From Thermodesulfobacteriota bacterium (GTDB lineage Bacteria > Desulfobacterota > WTBG01 > JAGOGO01): DNA of 32,000 bases. Positions 9,205 to 17,998 of the stretch are shown here, one piece after another (positions within the stretch are counted from its first letter, which is position 1; every line of letters begins with the position of its first letter). The DNA lies in the NCBI GenBank assembly GCA_026625185.1, contig CP113000.1, forward strand, positions 975,622 through 1,007,621, written 5' to 3'. The position numbers were made by a program, and so were the translations under genes. Below the pieces are notes generated by a model that saw nothing but the letters and a program-made list of their open reading frames with translations, did no database searches and was not told the origin of the DNA.

Positions 9205-9528
9205 CTATCTTTCTTCAGCTTCTGAAGCGAATGTCCGGGCCTCAATTTCAAAAGGTATTTCACGAAATGCAGTGGATAATTTTCTATATTTAATTAAATT
9301 CTTTATACCATAATAAATATAATGCATTAACACAATAACCGTACCGTATTTTTTAAATTGAGCAAGGTGCAGAAATTCATGTCTTGAAATTTTGCCTTTG
9401 TAACCCCGACAATATATTGATTTCCCAACCACGATGTATTCAATATTCATTTTCTGCGGGAACCAGTGCTTTTCTTTAACATTGAAGTCGACACCTTCTT
9501 TAAGGTAAATATTATATTTTGATTTCAT
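9205..9528 (-). CDS. small HExxH (zincin-like, DUF4157-like) protein
   Basis: 107 aa. VVGKSIYCRGYKGKISRHEFLHLAQF followed by EIEAR resembles the HExxHxxQ ... ExEA pattern of DUF4157-type minimal metallopeptidase domains. The start shares 1 nt with the upstream stop (TAATG). Confidence 0.4.
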   Translation of the reverse strand: MKSKYNIYLKEGVDFNVKEKHWFPQKMNIEYIVVGKSIYCRGYKGKISRHEFLHLAQFKKYGTVIVLMHYIYYGIKNLIKYRKLSTAFREIPFEIEARTFASEAEER

Positions 9529-10802
9529 TATTCAGCCTTGTAGGTAGTGTCTCTTTGTCTTATTCCCATTCTTTTAAAAATATCTATTGGCTCCATTTTT
9601 GTTACTTCCTGCCATAATGCAAATGTTCTATATTTGGGTAAAGGAAGAAAAGGTGAATTATTAATAGCGTCACTAAGTACATGTACAAGGCACTCTCTGA
9701 CCGGATGCCTGCAATATGGAATAAATTCATTCCAGATCGTCCTAAACCTTTGCTGCATTATATTTCCTATAGCTGTTTTCAAAAGTACGCAGGGTTGAAC
9801 ATTGCCTTGTGCATCAATGTATACATTCTGACCTGAGGTGGCCATACAACCAAAGTTATAGGGTTCTTCATTATACCAAGGCATTACAATGGCTATCTTT
9901 CGTTTGCTCCTGTTTTGTATTTTATAATAGTCAATCAATAATTGCTTATCTTCTTTAGTGAGAAAAATAGTCTTATCTCCTGATTCTTTGGCTCTTCCAA
10001 CCGGTCTGATTTCATTGATTTGAATTGAATGAGCCCCCAATGATTCGGCAAAATCAACCATCTTGAAAATGTCCCCTGAGTTGACCATCCCGCTTGTTGT
10101 GCAGCATACAACGGAATTATAGATACCCAGCGCAGAGGATTCTTTTATTGCTTCACAAGCGCTTTTAAAGGCAATGTTATTTTTCCGCTGCTGATTGTGT
10201 ATTCTTTCATCATAATGATCGAGGCTTATACATATACCCTCAAGTCCTGCCATTTTGAGAATCTTTAATCGCCTGTTGTCTGCCCCAACACCTGAAGTGA
10301 AGATCCTGGTATCCATATGATCTCTTGTGTACCTGATAAACTCCGTGAGATCATCAAAGCGACAAAGGGGCTCTCCACCTACAAAAAACATAACAGTAAA
10401 ATCAGACTTAATTATATCATCAATCGTTTCAAAAATTTTTTCTTTGGGTAAATCCTTATGAATATCCTGAGTATTTTTTACGTGACAATGAAAACAATTG
10501 TTTGGGCATATGTTAGTTATGGATATCTGAGCATGGTTCGGCTTTAAAGGATACTGGTCCACACTGTTGTTATCAAGCATTTTATCATATCGAGGGCCGG
10601 GAAAGTATGGCGCAAATGGGTCAATGAAGTACTTGCTGGCTACTTTTGAATATTTGGTGTCTTTAAAAAGGGAAGATATTATCACTTGTTTTTTGAGCAC
10701 ATAGAGGAACCTGCGGACAGATATTCTACAAGACAGTAGCTTTAAAAGATTGTGCCTTAATACATACCACATCAACCTTGCTTTAAATAACGTCCTTTTC
10801 AT
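9528..10802 (-). CDS. radical SAM enzyme with partial SPASM/twitch-like C-terminal motif
   Basis: CPNNCFHC (C-x3-C-x2-C) at about residue 99. C-terminal C-x13-G-x4-C (CMATSGQNVYIDAQGNVQPC) followed by C-x6-C. About 85 aa of basic N-terminal extension precede the core. Confidence 0.85.
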   Translation of the reverse strand: MKRTLFKARLMWYVLRHNLLKLLSCRISVRRFLYVLKKQVIISSLFKDTKYSKVASKYFIDPFAPYFPGPRYDKMLDNNSVDQYPLKPNHAQISITNICPNNCFHCHVKNTQDIHKDLPKEKIFETIDDIIKSDFTVMFFVGGEPLCRFDDLTEFIRYTRDHMDTRIFTSGVGADNRRLKILKMAGLEGICISLDHYDERIHNQQRKNNIAFKSACEAIKESSALGIYNSVVCCTTSGMVNSGDIFKMVDFAESLGAHSIQINEIRPVGRAKESGDKTIFLTKEDKQLLIDYYKIQNRSKRKIAIVMPWYNEEPYNFGCMATSGQNVYIDAQGNVQPCVLLKTAIGNIMQQRFRTIWNEFIPYCRHPVRECLVHVLSDAINNSPFLPLPKYRTFALWQEVTKMEPIDIFKRMGIRQRDTTYKAE

Positions 10803-11866
10803 ATCGCCATAGGTTCCGTTGTTTTAGTTGTATTCATTCTCCTACCGAAATTCTGTTTTGTTGCAAAGTCCAGCAAGTCGTGTATCCACTGTTCTGTAAT
10901 TTCCTCAGGAGCTTCATACTCCATACCCAACCGTCTTACTGTTGAGGATACATCAAACATTTCTTCCTGTGTAAGATAAGGCAAGAAAATACGTGTTTGC
11001 TTATCGAAAAGCTTCTGCAAATATCCAGTTCCATTGTCTTTTTTTATCGGCAAACTACTTGAACAATCGAAATAATTGATTCCATTTATGTTCATATAAT
11101 CGAATATTAGTTTTAATACCCACGATGTTAAAGGTGGCGCAGGATGGGTGATATAATATATCTCTCCAAATGTGCCGAGACCAATTAGGGAAAGCAACTG
11201 GGAGACGACCCAGTCAACAGGCACAATATTTATTGTGGATGTGGATGAACATGGTACTGAGATAGGTAGTTTCACTGGGTTGGAAATTTTTTTTCTCTGG
11301 CGTAGACTTTTGGCTATGAAATATGGAACCATAGCATATCCGTAAAATCCATTAAAACCGTTAATAGCACAGCTCTTTCTTTCGCCAACGATGACTCCCA
11401 GACGATATATATTGTACGTTAGCCCTGAATTCATCACTAATTTTTCAGCAGCGGACTTACTTATTTCATAGGGGTTTCTCTGAAATGGGGCATAGGCAGT
11501 TGAAATGAAATGCAGATCTGGGATATTAAGAGTTTTTGATAGATTTATTATCCTTTCAGTTCCGCCCTTATTTATATTCCAGGTACGCTTATAGTATTTA
11601 TCGTCAAATTTCACAGCGCTTGCGCAATGTAATACCATATCTATATCGACTGACTTAAGAATGGAAAGGCTTGAATCTGAAAGGCCCAGGTTTTCTTTTT
11701 CAAGGTCGCCTTCAAATAGGTGATCCGGGGGAACGCCAAAACCGAAAAATTTGTCAAACCTTTGCTTGACATTACGAACCAGGGCGTATACTTCATGATG
11801 TAATAATAAAGATGAAATAAGGTGACTCCCCAAGATACCTGTCATTCCGGTCAACAATATCTTCAT
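10799..11866 (-). CDS. extended SDR, thioester-reductase / fatty-acyl reductase-like (NAD_binding_4-like)
   Basis: MKILLTGMTGILGSHL (TGxTGxxG), HCASAVKF, and YEISKSAAE (Y-x3-K with the SK..AE context seen in terminal reductase domains). 4-nt overlap with the next gene. Confidence 0.65.
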   Translation of the reverse strand: MKILLTGMTGILGSHLISSLLLHHEVYALVRNVKQRFDKFFGFGVPPDHLFEGDLEKENLGLSDSSLSILKSVDIDMVLHCASAVKFDDKYYKRTWNINKGGTERIINLSKTLNIPDLHFISTAYAPFQRNPYEISKSAAEKLVMNSGLTYNIYRLGVIVGERKSCAINGFNGFYGYAMVPYFIAKSLRQRKKISNPVKLPISVPCSSTSTINIVPVDWVVSQLLSLIGLGTFGEIYYITHPAPPLTSWVLKLIFDYMNINGINYFDCSSSLPIKKDNGTGYLQKLFDKQTRIFLPYLTQEEMFDVSSTVRRLGMEYEAPEEITEQWIHDLLDFATKQNFGRRMNTTKTTEPMAI

Positions 11867-11868
11867 GT

Positions 11869-12666
11869 TTATCCTGCCTCGTAAAGAGTGAACATGATAA
11901 CCGCCACCGGTCCAAGAATAATCATGCTGTCTAATCGATCCAGCATCCCTCCTTGGGCGCCCATGATCTGTGAAAAATCCTTTATTCCAATCCTCCTCTT
12001 TAGAACACTTGAGCTGGCGTCTCCAATAAATCCACAGGTAAATATAACAACAGCATTCAACAAAATAAGGTAAAAAGGCAGACTGCTCAGATTAAAAACG
12101 TGATAGAAGCTTATCGAAGCTAAAATGCTGAATATGAATCCTCCTATAAATCCGCTCCAGGTCTTGTTGGGGCTGACCAGAGGAAATAGTCGTGGTCCTT
12201 TTAAGCTTTCTCCAACTACCTGCGAAAAAGTGTCGGACACTGACAACACAAAGAGCAAAAATATTAATATTTTATAATTTATCAAAAAGGATAAGTAGAT
12301 ATAACTGGATGCAGCGATAACCGCTATGACTATGCCGGATGCAATCCCGATCGTCTTTTTTAAAGATCCGAAGGTGCTTTCTGCTATTTGATAGATAAAC
12401 TCAAAAAGAGCAACGCTGAATATGGCTATAATAAAAATTATGTAAAAATTCCTGAAGAATATTATGGAAAAGATCATAATCAATTGAAAAGCAAGATACC
12501 TTTTAAGCTTTGCTTTTAATGAGCCTTTGCCACCCTTTTCCAAGGCTAATATATTAAGGTAACTTTCTGCAAACCATCTCAGCCCTTTACTTATGAGAAA
12601 AGCTCCGACAGTCCAGGTAAAAAGAAATAGAAGATAATAAAATAAAAAATGTATTTTATAATCCAT
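11869..12666 (-). CDS. phosphatidate cytidylyltransferase family protein (CdsA-like, variant signature)
   Basis: SPNKTWSGFIGG and SVLKRRIGIKDFSQIMGAQGGMLDRLDS match the CdsA signature as I recall it, except Q where H-G-G normally has His. Polytopic membrane protein. Confidence 0.8.
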   Translation of the reverse strand: MDYKIHFLFYYLLFLFTWTVGAFLISKGLRWFAESYLNILALEKGGKGSLKAKLKRYLAFQLIMIFSIIFFRNFYIIFIIAIFSVALFEFIYQIAESTFGSLKKTIGIASGIVIAVIAASSYIYLSFLINYKILIFLLFVLSVSDTFSQVVGESLKGPRLFPLVSPNKTWSGFIGGFIFSILASISFYHVFNLSSLPFYLILLNAVVIFTCGFIGDASSSVLKRRIGIKDFSQIMGAQGGMLDRLDSMIILGPVAVIMFTLYEAG

Positions 12667-13570
12667 TGAACTTTTCCGGCACCCTCATATTAAGCGCTCC
12701 CTTGTGGCAGCAAAGGTCCCAATGTTCCGATTCAGGGATAACTTCACCATCCCCAAAGGCTGGTACTCTTTTATTATAATAAATACTTATCTTATTGACT
12801 TCCTGCCTACACTGATATCTGTCTTTACTACTGAGTCCCATCTTAATCTTTAATAGGGAATACAGCACAGATTGACAACTGGGATTTTTAAAGAGCAAGA
12901 AATGAAACAATCCATCCGTGGCTTTGGTTCCTGGTGCGACAACGATATTCTTGCCTATGCTTGCTTGGTTTGTAAAAACGCAGGCATGGCTTATATAGTC
13001 CCGAACATCTTCATTATCTGTTATCCTAAAAGAACATGTATTGTTACGAGCAAAAATGGAATGCCACACGAGCAACAGTGAGTATATTTTGTCTCCGGTA
13101 AGCTTCATGAGTAAGGTCCACTTGTGTGATTTCTTTAAACGGTTTGCATTGTCTGCCACCAAAAAGCCCAGGCCAAAGCCCCCTCCAGATACAACATGCC
13201 GTCCATTAGCACTAATGGTGTCATATTTGATTGTTTTTCCATTTTCCAATTGATCCAATGATTTTAAAGGATTCAAAAACAAACCGACCCAGCGGGCAAA
13301 ATCATTGGCGGTACCTGCGGGCACAAGGTTAATTTCTACCGGTTTATTTATTAGATGCTGAATCGTGTGATGTAATGTTCCATCTCCTCCAATAATCAAT
13401 ACCTTACTTACCTCATCTAAAAAGGTGAGCCATCCCGGGCAAGAGATATCTTTGGGTTGCAGAGAATAAAATATCACATCTCCCCAATGTAAGCGTCCTT
13501 TAAGACGGTTTGCGATATCTATGTTCTTAACCGAGCTTACAGCAAGATTATATAAACACAATGTTCGCAT
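12656..13570 (-). CDS. lipid kinase, diacylglycerol-kinase catalytic domain family (YegS/LCB5-like)
   Basis: IIGGDGTLHHTI and PAGTANDFAR motifs. 304 aa, soluble. Confidence 0.8.
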   Translation of the reverse strand: MRTLCLYNLAVSSVKNIDIANRLKGRLHWGDVIFYSLQPKDISCPGWLTFLDEVSKVLIIGGDGTLHHTIQHLINKPVEINLVPAGTANDFARWVGLFLNPLKSLDQLENGKTIKYDTISANGRHVVSGGGFGLGFLVADNANRLKKSHKWTLLMKLTGDKIYSLLLVWHSIFARNNTCSFRITDNEDVRDYISHACVFTNQASIGKNIVVAPGTKATDGLFHFLLFKNPSCQSVLYSLLKIKMGLSSKDRYQCRQEVNKISIYYNKRVPAFGDGEVIPESEHWDLCCHKGALNMRVPEKFNGL

Positions 13571-13588
13571 ACGATTAAGTCTAAAAAT

Positions 13589-14536
13589 TTATACTTTTTT
13601 TAGAATCACGGTTTGCATCGATAAGTTAAGATATTTTTCAAACAGCAGAAAAGGTGCCAGAAATAGTTGCCCGGTAAAATACGGCAAAATTGCCTTCTTC
13701 AAAGTCAAGCCTTTGCCCTTAAGCATCTTGAATGCTGCTCCCGCAAATAGATAGAAATAGGCCGGAAAGGCCCCGTAGGCAAGATAATCTACAAGATCGA
13801 ACCCCTCTTTCTTCACTATTTCGAGAAGATGTTTTTTTGAATACAATACTGTGTGTTGTGGTGACTGAACGCCCGGCCAGCGCGATCCGTAAAGTTTGTA
13901 GGTAAGGCTGTCAAGTCTGGGTACTTCAATAATAAGAATTCCTTTATCCTTCAAGCATTCTTGCGCTTTTTGAAGAGATTCCCGTGGGCGGTAGTCATGC
14001 TCGAGGAAATGCCACATGGTAATTAGGTCATACGAATACGCAGGTAATTTCTGTTCATAAAAAAGGCCCAGATGAAAATCAATCTCATTGAAACCTGGGT
14101 AATATGTGGTATCCTTGAAATCAACACCAACAATACTGCAATGGTATGTTTTTTTTAACAGGAGGAGAAATGTTCCAACAGAACATCCCACATCAAGCAC
14201 ACATGAGTCGGAATTTAGTCTAACATAAGGTTCAATAAGCTTGATTTTGTCCCTATCGTGTTTTCCCATCGCCCAGCTATATAAAGGACTCAAAGGACCT
14301 AATTTTTCATTCTTACGATGGGCAATATAATCGTCCGTATAAAAACGTTTAACCTCATCGATACTTAACCTTGGATTCTGATATATCAAACCGCAAGAAC
14401 GACATCTGACGAAAATAAACCTACCCGGCATGCCTGTTAAATCATCCTCAGCAGTCAAAAAATAATCGGATTCAGTGCTTCCACATAGGTAGCAACAAAT
14501 ATTTTCTGTTTTATAATCTAGTATTAATTTTTTCAT
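13589..14536 (-). CDS. class I SAM-dependent methyltransferase with N-terminal Cys4 zinc ribbon
   Basis: CYLCGS...CRSCGL ribbon, then motif I VLDVGCSVGTF and an acidic post-I loop (GVDF). Confidence 0.75.
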   Translation of the reverse strand: MKKLILDYKTENICCYLCGSTESDYFLTAEDDLTGMPGRFIFVRCRSCGLIYQNPRLSIDEVKRFYTDDYIAHRKNEKLGPLSPLYSWAMGKHDRDKIKLIEPYVRLNSDSCVLDVGCSVGTFLLLLKKTYHCSIVGVDFKDTTYYPGFNEIDFHLGLFYEQKLPAYSYDLITMWHFLEHDYRPRESLQKAQECLKDKGILIIEVPRLDSLTYKLYGSRWPGVQSPQHTVLYSKKHLLEIVKKEGFDLVDYLAYGAFPAYFYLFAGAAFKMLKGKGLTLKKAILPYFTGQLFLAPFLLFEKYLNLSMQTVILKKV

Positions 14537-14549
14537 TATTTCCCGTTAT

Positions 14550-15335
14550 TCAGCCCGATATAGCCAACAAACACAGATATATCACTCCATTGGTAAAAGG
14601 TATAAACTTAAGATTTCGAACCCTTTCATATTTTATTGTCAAGAAAAATAAAGCTATGCAAAGGGATAGGAGACCCCATTTTATCCACTCAGAGGGGTTA
14701 CCGTGGTAATTTAGAATTATATGAGAGGCAAAGCCAATCGACAGGAACAACCAGGCGATAAAACCAGCTTTTAAATAATTCATGTCCGAGAGGTGCTCCC
14801 GGTCATGAAAGGTTTCATAAACGAAGAGAATTAAGTAAATGATTATTAGTGGTAATATTTTTTCTCTAAAAGGTGCGCTTTCAGAAGAAGTAATAAAAGC
14901 AATTACCGGATATTTTATCAGGATAAAAAGGTCGAACATGAGAGGATGCAGTTTCTCTCGTAGAAAATAGATAAGCATAAAGAACAGTGCAAAAATAAAA
15001 GCAATTATCAGTATGGAGATATTATGTAATTTATAAATTATGAAAAAAGACATAAGGAATATAATAAATAACCACTTCCAGAGAATTAATGCATTACCAG
15101 GATTGACGGTAACCCTGTTCGGTGAAGTCTTTCGATCTTTCTTGATTGAGCAGAGATCATCCCAGAGGCGCAATCCCAAAAGCAGCAACAATGCGGAAGC
15201 AAACCTTACAAAAATATCAAATTTATTAGTAAGATGTTGAATAGAAGTTTCGCTACCTATTGATAGAAGAATTCCTAACGGGATAAAGAGGAAAAGATTG
15301 AATCGTTCTTTAAAATATTGAACTATAAGAATCAT
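14550..15335 (-). CDS. polytopic membrane protein, possible divergent UbiA-superfamily member
   Basis: About 8 hydrophobic segments. RLWDDLCSIKKDRKTSPNRVTVNPG sits where UbiA enzymes carry NDxxDxxxD...R.xNRPLxxG, with Ser in place of the middle Asp. A second acidic patch is YETFHDREHLSD. Confidence 0.35.
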   Translation of the reverse strand: MILIVQYFKERFNLFLFIPLGILLSIGSETSIQHLTNKFDIFVRFASALLLLLGLRLWDDLCSIKKDRKTSPNRVTVNPGNALILWKWLFIIFLMSFFIIYKLHNISILIIAFIFALFFMLIYFLREKLHPLMFDLFILIKYPVIAFITSSESAPFREKILPLIIIYLILFVYETFHDREHLSDMNYLKAGFIAWLFLSIGFASHIILNYHGNPSEWIKWGLLSLCIALFFLTIKYERVRNLKFIPFTNGVIYLCLLAISG

Positions 15336-17998
15336 ATTACCTCTTCAAGAAAAACAACCGATCTATCTGCATCAAGCAAAACCCGCTGACCGTCTATTAA
15401 TCTGGTTGTAGCATCCTTTACTCCCACCAAGGTCGGAATCCCATATTCTCTGGCAATTATAGCCCCGTGAGAAAGCATCCCTCCTCTTTCAAGAATAAGT
15501 CCAGAAATTATTGGAAATGCTGGTGCCCAGCCAGGGTCGGTTTGCTTGGTCACAAGTATATCTCCCTTCTCAATCAAACCAATGGATGTTATGTCTTTAA
15601 CAATCCTTGTCCTTCCTATAACCCTGCCCTCACAGGCGCTGTACCCGGTTAAGAAACATTTTTCTATTTCCGGAACTTTCCCGATCTCCAAGGGATTGTT
15701 CTTTTCGGAGGAATAGTACTCTCCTGCAGGCAGGCGAAAACTTTCCGGCGGGGACGATTTCACATCATCTGAATATTTATTCTTCCTCTGTCTGATGACC
15801 TCCCTTATCAGAACCGGAAGGTGACATGCCGACAGATTTTCTATTTCAGAGTATTTTAAGAACAGGGCATCTTCAGCATTCTGAATAAGATGCTTTTTCT
15901 TGAAAATGGTGCCCAAGGCAAGCAAAGAATGTCTGCACTGGTTATAAAGCCTGGCTTGTTTCAATCTCACCCTTTCCCGGTATCTGATACCTTGATGTGC
16001 CAAAAAGATTGAGAACCTGATAATTATTTTGCGATATAATCCTGTTAACACCCCACAGTCTTTCCCAGCGTGTTCCAGTATCTGCTTGGTAACTTCAATC
16101 CTTCTATGGATCTGCGTTTTTAATTGTTCCTCCGGTGAGTGAAAAGGATTTTTCAAATAGCTTTTGAGAAGATCTATTAGTTTCTCTGGTGCTTCATTAT
16201 AATCCGCACGCGTTAAAAGTAATTCCCCTGAAATACGGTATCCCCATTTCTTCTGATACTCCACAAAGGCTCTGTGAAAATCATCGAACTCTTCCCCTTG
16301 AGTCAACACAGACATTATGTTTTTAGGATCATTTTCACCAAATAACCTATATAAACCGTAATTGTTCTTGATCATTTGGGTGAGCTCCCAAAATCTCTGA
16401 GGCGGCTCATGACTCACCAGATTTGGTATTCCAACGAGCAATTGATGAACATTTGTTGATCGTGATCGGGCGTATGTCTCCACAGAAGAACGAAGTAAAC
16501 CATACCCGAACATGGCAAGAGCGTCCGCAAGAGAGGCGTCTTTCCACTTATGCATACGAATATGAATAAAATTCATAATATCTGTTTTATATCTGTTTAC
16601 GTCATGCTCCTTCTCAGGGGAATTGCATTCTTTAAAATGAATGTCGGCTTGTTTTTCAAACCTTTTAACATATAGGGGAAGACACAAAATATGTTTTAAG
16701 GACCGAGAACCAAGCTTGAAAAAATAAAGGTATCTTGCCGGCCTGTTTTTTGACAGAAATTTATCCGGCAAATTATCATAGGGCAGGTCATATATCCCTA
16801 TAAAAGAATCCCAGTATTTCTTGGCAAGATCGGGAAAAGGCAATGCACTCAGACATTCATAAATATTGGTAAGATTATAGTACATTCTACTTTGATGGAA
16901 ATCGATTATGGTTTCAAAGGCTGGCTCTAACTTTTTGCGGACCTTGCGACTGACCCCAAGCAATCTAGCCAAATTTCTGAAATAGTGATAATATCCATTT
17001 TTTGCAAACGACATAAGAAATGGAGTAAGCGCTTCAGGAAAATTTTCATTCACATTAACATTGGACCATAAACAAGACGCATCGTTTTTCTGATTCTGCG
17101 CGGTTACCGGCCTGGATTGAAGTAACCATAACTTTTTTGATTTATCAATGGTCCACTCTATATCTTGTTGCCTTCCGGTATTCTGTTTAGCATCTTTGGC
17201 GATAGCAACAAGATTCTTAATATTCGCAATCTGAGTGTCGAGAAAACCATTTCCGTTGTTTCCCGCAGAAGAACCGGCAATTCTCAATCCCGCAGCTTCA
17301 TCATAAATCAGAATCTGCTCAGGGTTTTCCCTTCCGCCTACAAGCTGTTCTCCGGCGCCCCTGACATATTCGAGTACTAATGGTTTATTTCCGTCCTTCC
17401 GGATCTGGGAGAGAGGATGGGTGGTAAATAACACACCTGAAAATTCCGACTGAATATAAGGTTGCACGATAACCGACATGCCGCCTAAAATTGTGTTACG
17501 GTTACACTGATAACTGATGCTTTTTGATTTCCAATAAGACATCCAGCACTGAAGAAGAGCGTCATGACAGGCGCTCTCGAATTTCTTTTTACTGTCCGTT
17601 ACTGCAGAATCTAGTTGCCCCGCAAAGGAGTTCTCGTTGGAGTCCTCTCCAATGGCTGAGCTACGGAATATCAATTCTGATTTTCCAAACACTTTTTTGA
17701 TGGCTTCATAAATATCACTGAATAACGAACTCTCAATTCCTTTCTTGAGAAGAGCATCACACAATTTTTCAGAATACCTCATGACTGAGCGGATGTCATT
17801 CAAATTTTCATCATTGTCATGAACCTCGGCAAGAGCCTTCTTTGAATAATCCTCAAAGGCCTGTGTACCAATTATCAATGTCTTGGGTATAGATATTCCC
17901 ATCCTATTTAAGGTGTATAATGACTCTGCTTTTCCACCTGTTATGTGGGACGATTTTACCTTTGAGAGAGGAAAAGAATATTTGATTTTTTTATTCAT
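15332..17998 (-). CDS. PEP-utilising-enzyme family phosphotransferase with rifampin-phosphotransferase-like architecture
   Basis: N-terminal PPDK_N-type ATP-grasp (GGKAESLYTL...QDIEWTIDK..LWLLQSRPVT), about 450 aa of helical middle region, and a C-terminal swivel domain (TDPGWAPAF...ERGGMLSHGAIIAREYGIPTLVG). Start moved to MNKKIKYSF (ATG at 17998), which overlaps the upstream stop as ATGAATAA. Confidence 0.75.
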   Translation of the reverse strand: MNKKIKYSFPLSKVKSSHITGGKAESLYTLNRMGISIPKTLIIGTQAFEDYSKKALAEVHDNDENLNDIRSVMRYSEKLCDALLKKGIESSLFSDIYEAIKKVFGKSELIFRSSAIGEDSNENSFAGQLDSAVTDSKKKFESACHDALLQCWMSYWKSKSISYQCNRNTILGGMSVIVQPYIQSEFSGVLFTTHPLSQIRKDGNKPLVLEYVRGAGEQLVGGRENPEQILIYDEAAGLRIAGSSAGNNGNGFLDTQIANIKNLVAIAKDAKQNTGRQQDIEWTIDKSKKLWLLQSRPVTAQNQKNDASCLWSNVNVNENFPEALTPFLMSFAKNGYYHYFRNLARLLGVSRKVRKKLEPAFETIIDFHQSRMYYNLTNIYECLSALPFPDLAKKYWDSFIGIYDLPYDNLPDKFLSKNRPARYLYFFKLGSRSLKHILCLPLYVKRFEKQADIHFKECNSPEKEHDVNRYKTDIMNFIHIRMHKWKDASLADALAMFGYGLLRSSVETYARSRSTNVHQLLVGIPNLVSHEPPQRFWELTQMIKNNYGLYRLFGENDPKNIMSVLTQGEEFDDFHRAFVEYQKKWGYRISGELLLTRADYNEAPEKLIDLLKSYLKNPFHSPEEQLKTQIHRRIEVTKQILEHAGKDCGVLTGLYRKIIIRFSIFLAHQGIRYRERVRLKQARLYNQCRHSLLALGTIFKKKHLIQNAEDALFLKYSEIENLSACHLPVLIREVIRQRKNKYSDDVKSSPPESFRLPAGEYYSSEKNNPLEIGKVPEIEKCFLTGYSACEGRVIGRTRIVKDITSIGLIEKGDILVTKQTDPGWAPAFPIISGLILERGGMLSHGAIIAREYGIPTLVGVKDATTRLIDGQRVLLDADRSVVFLEEVI

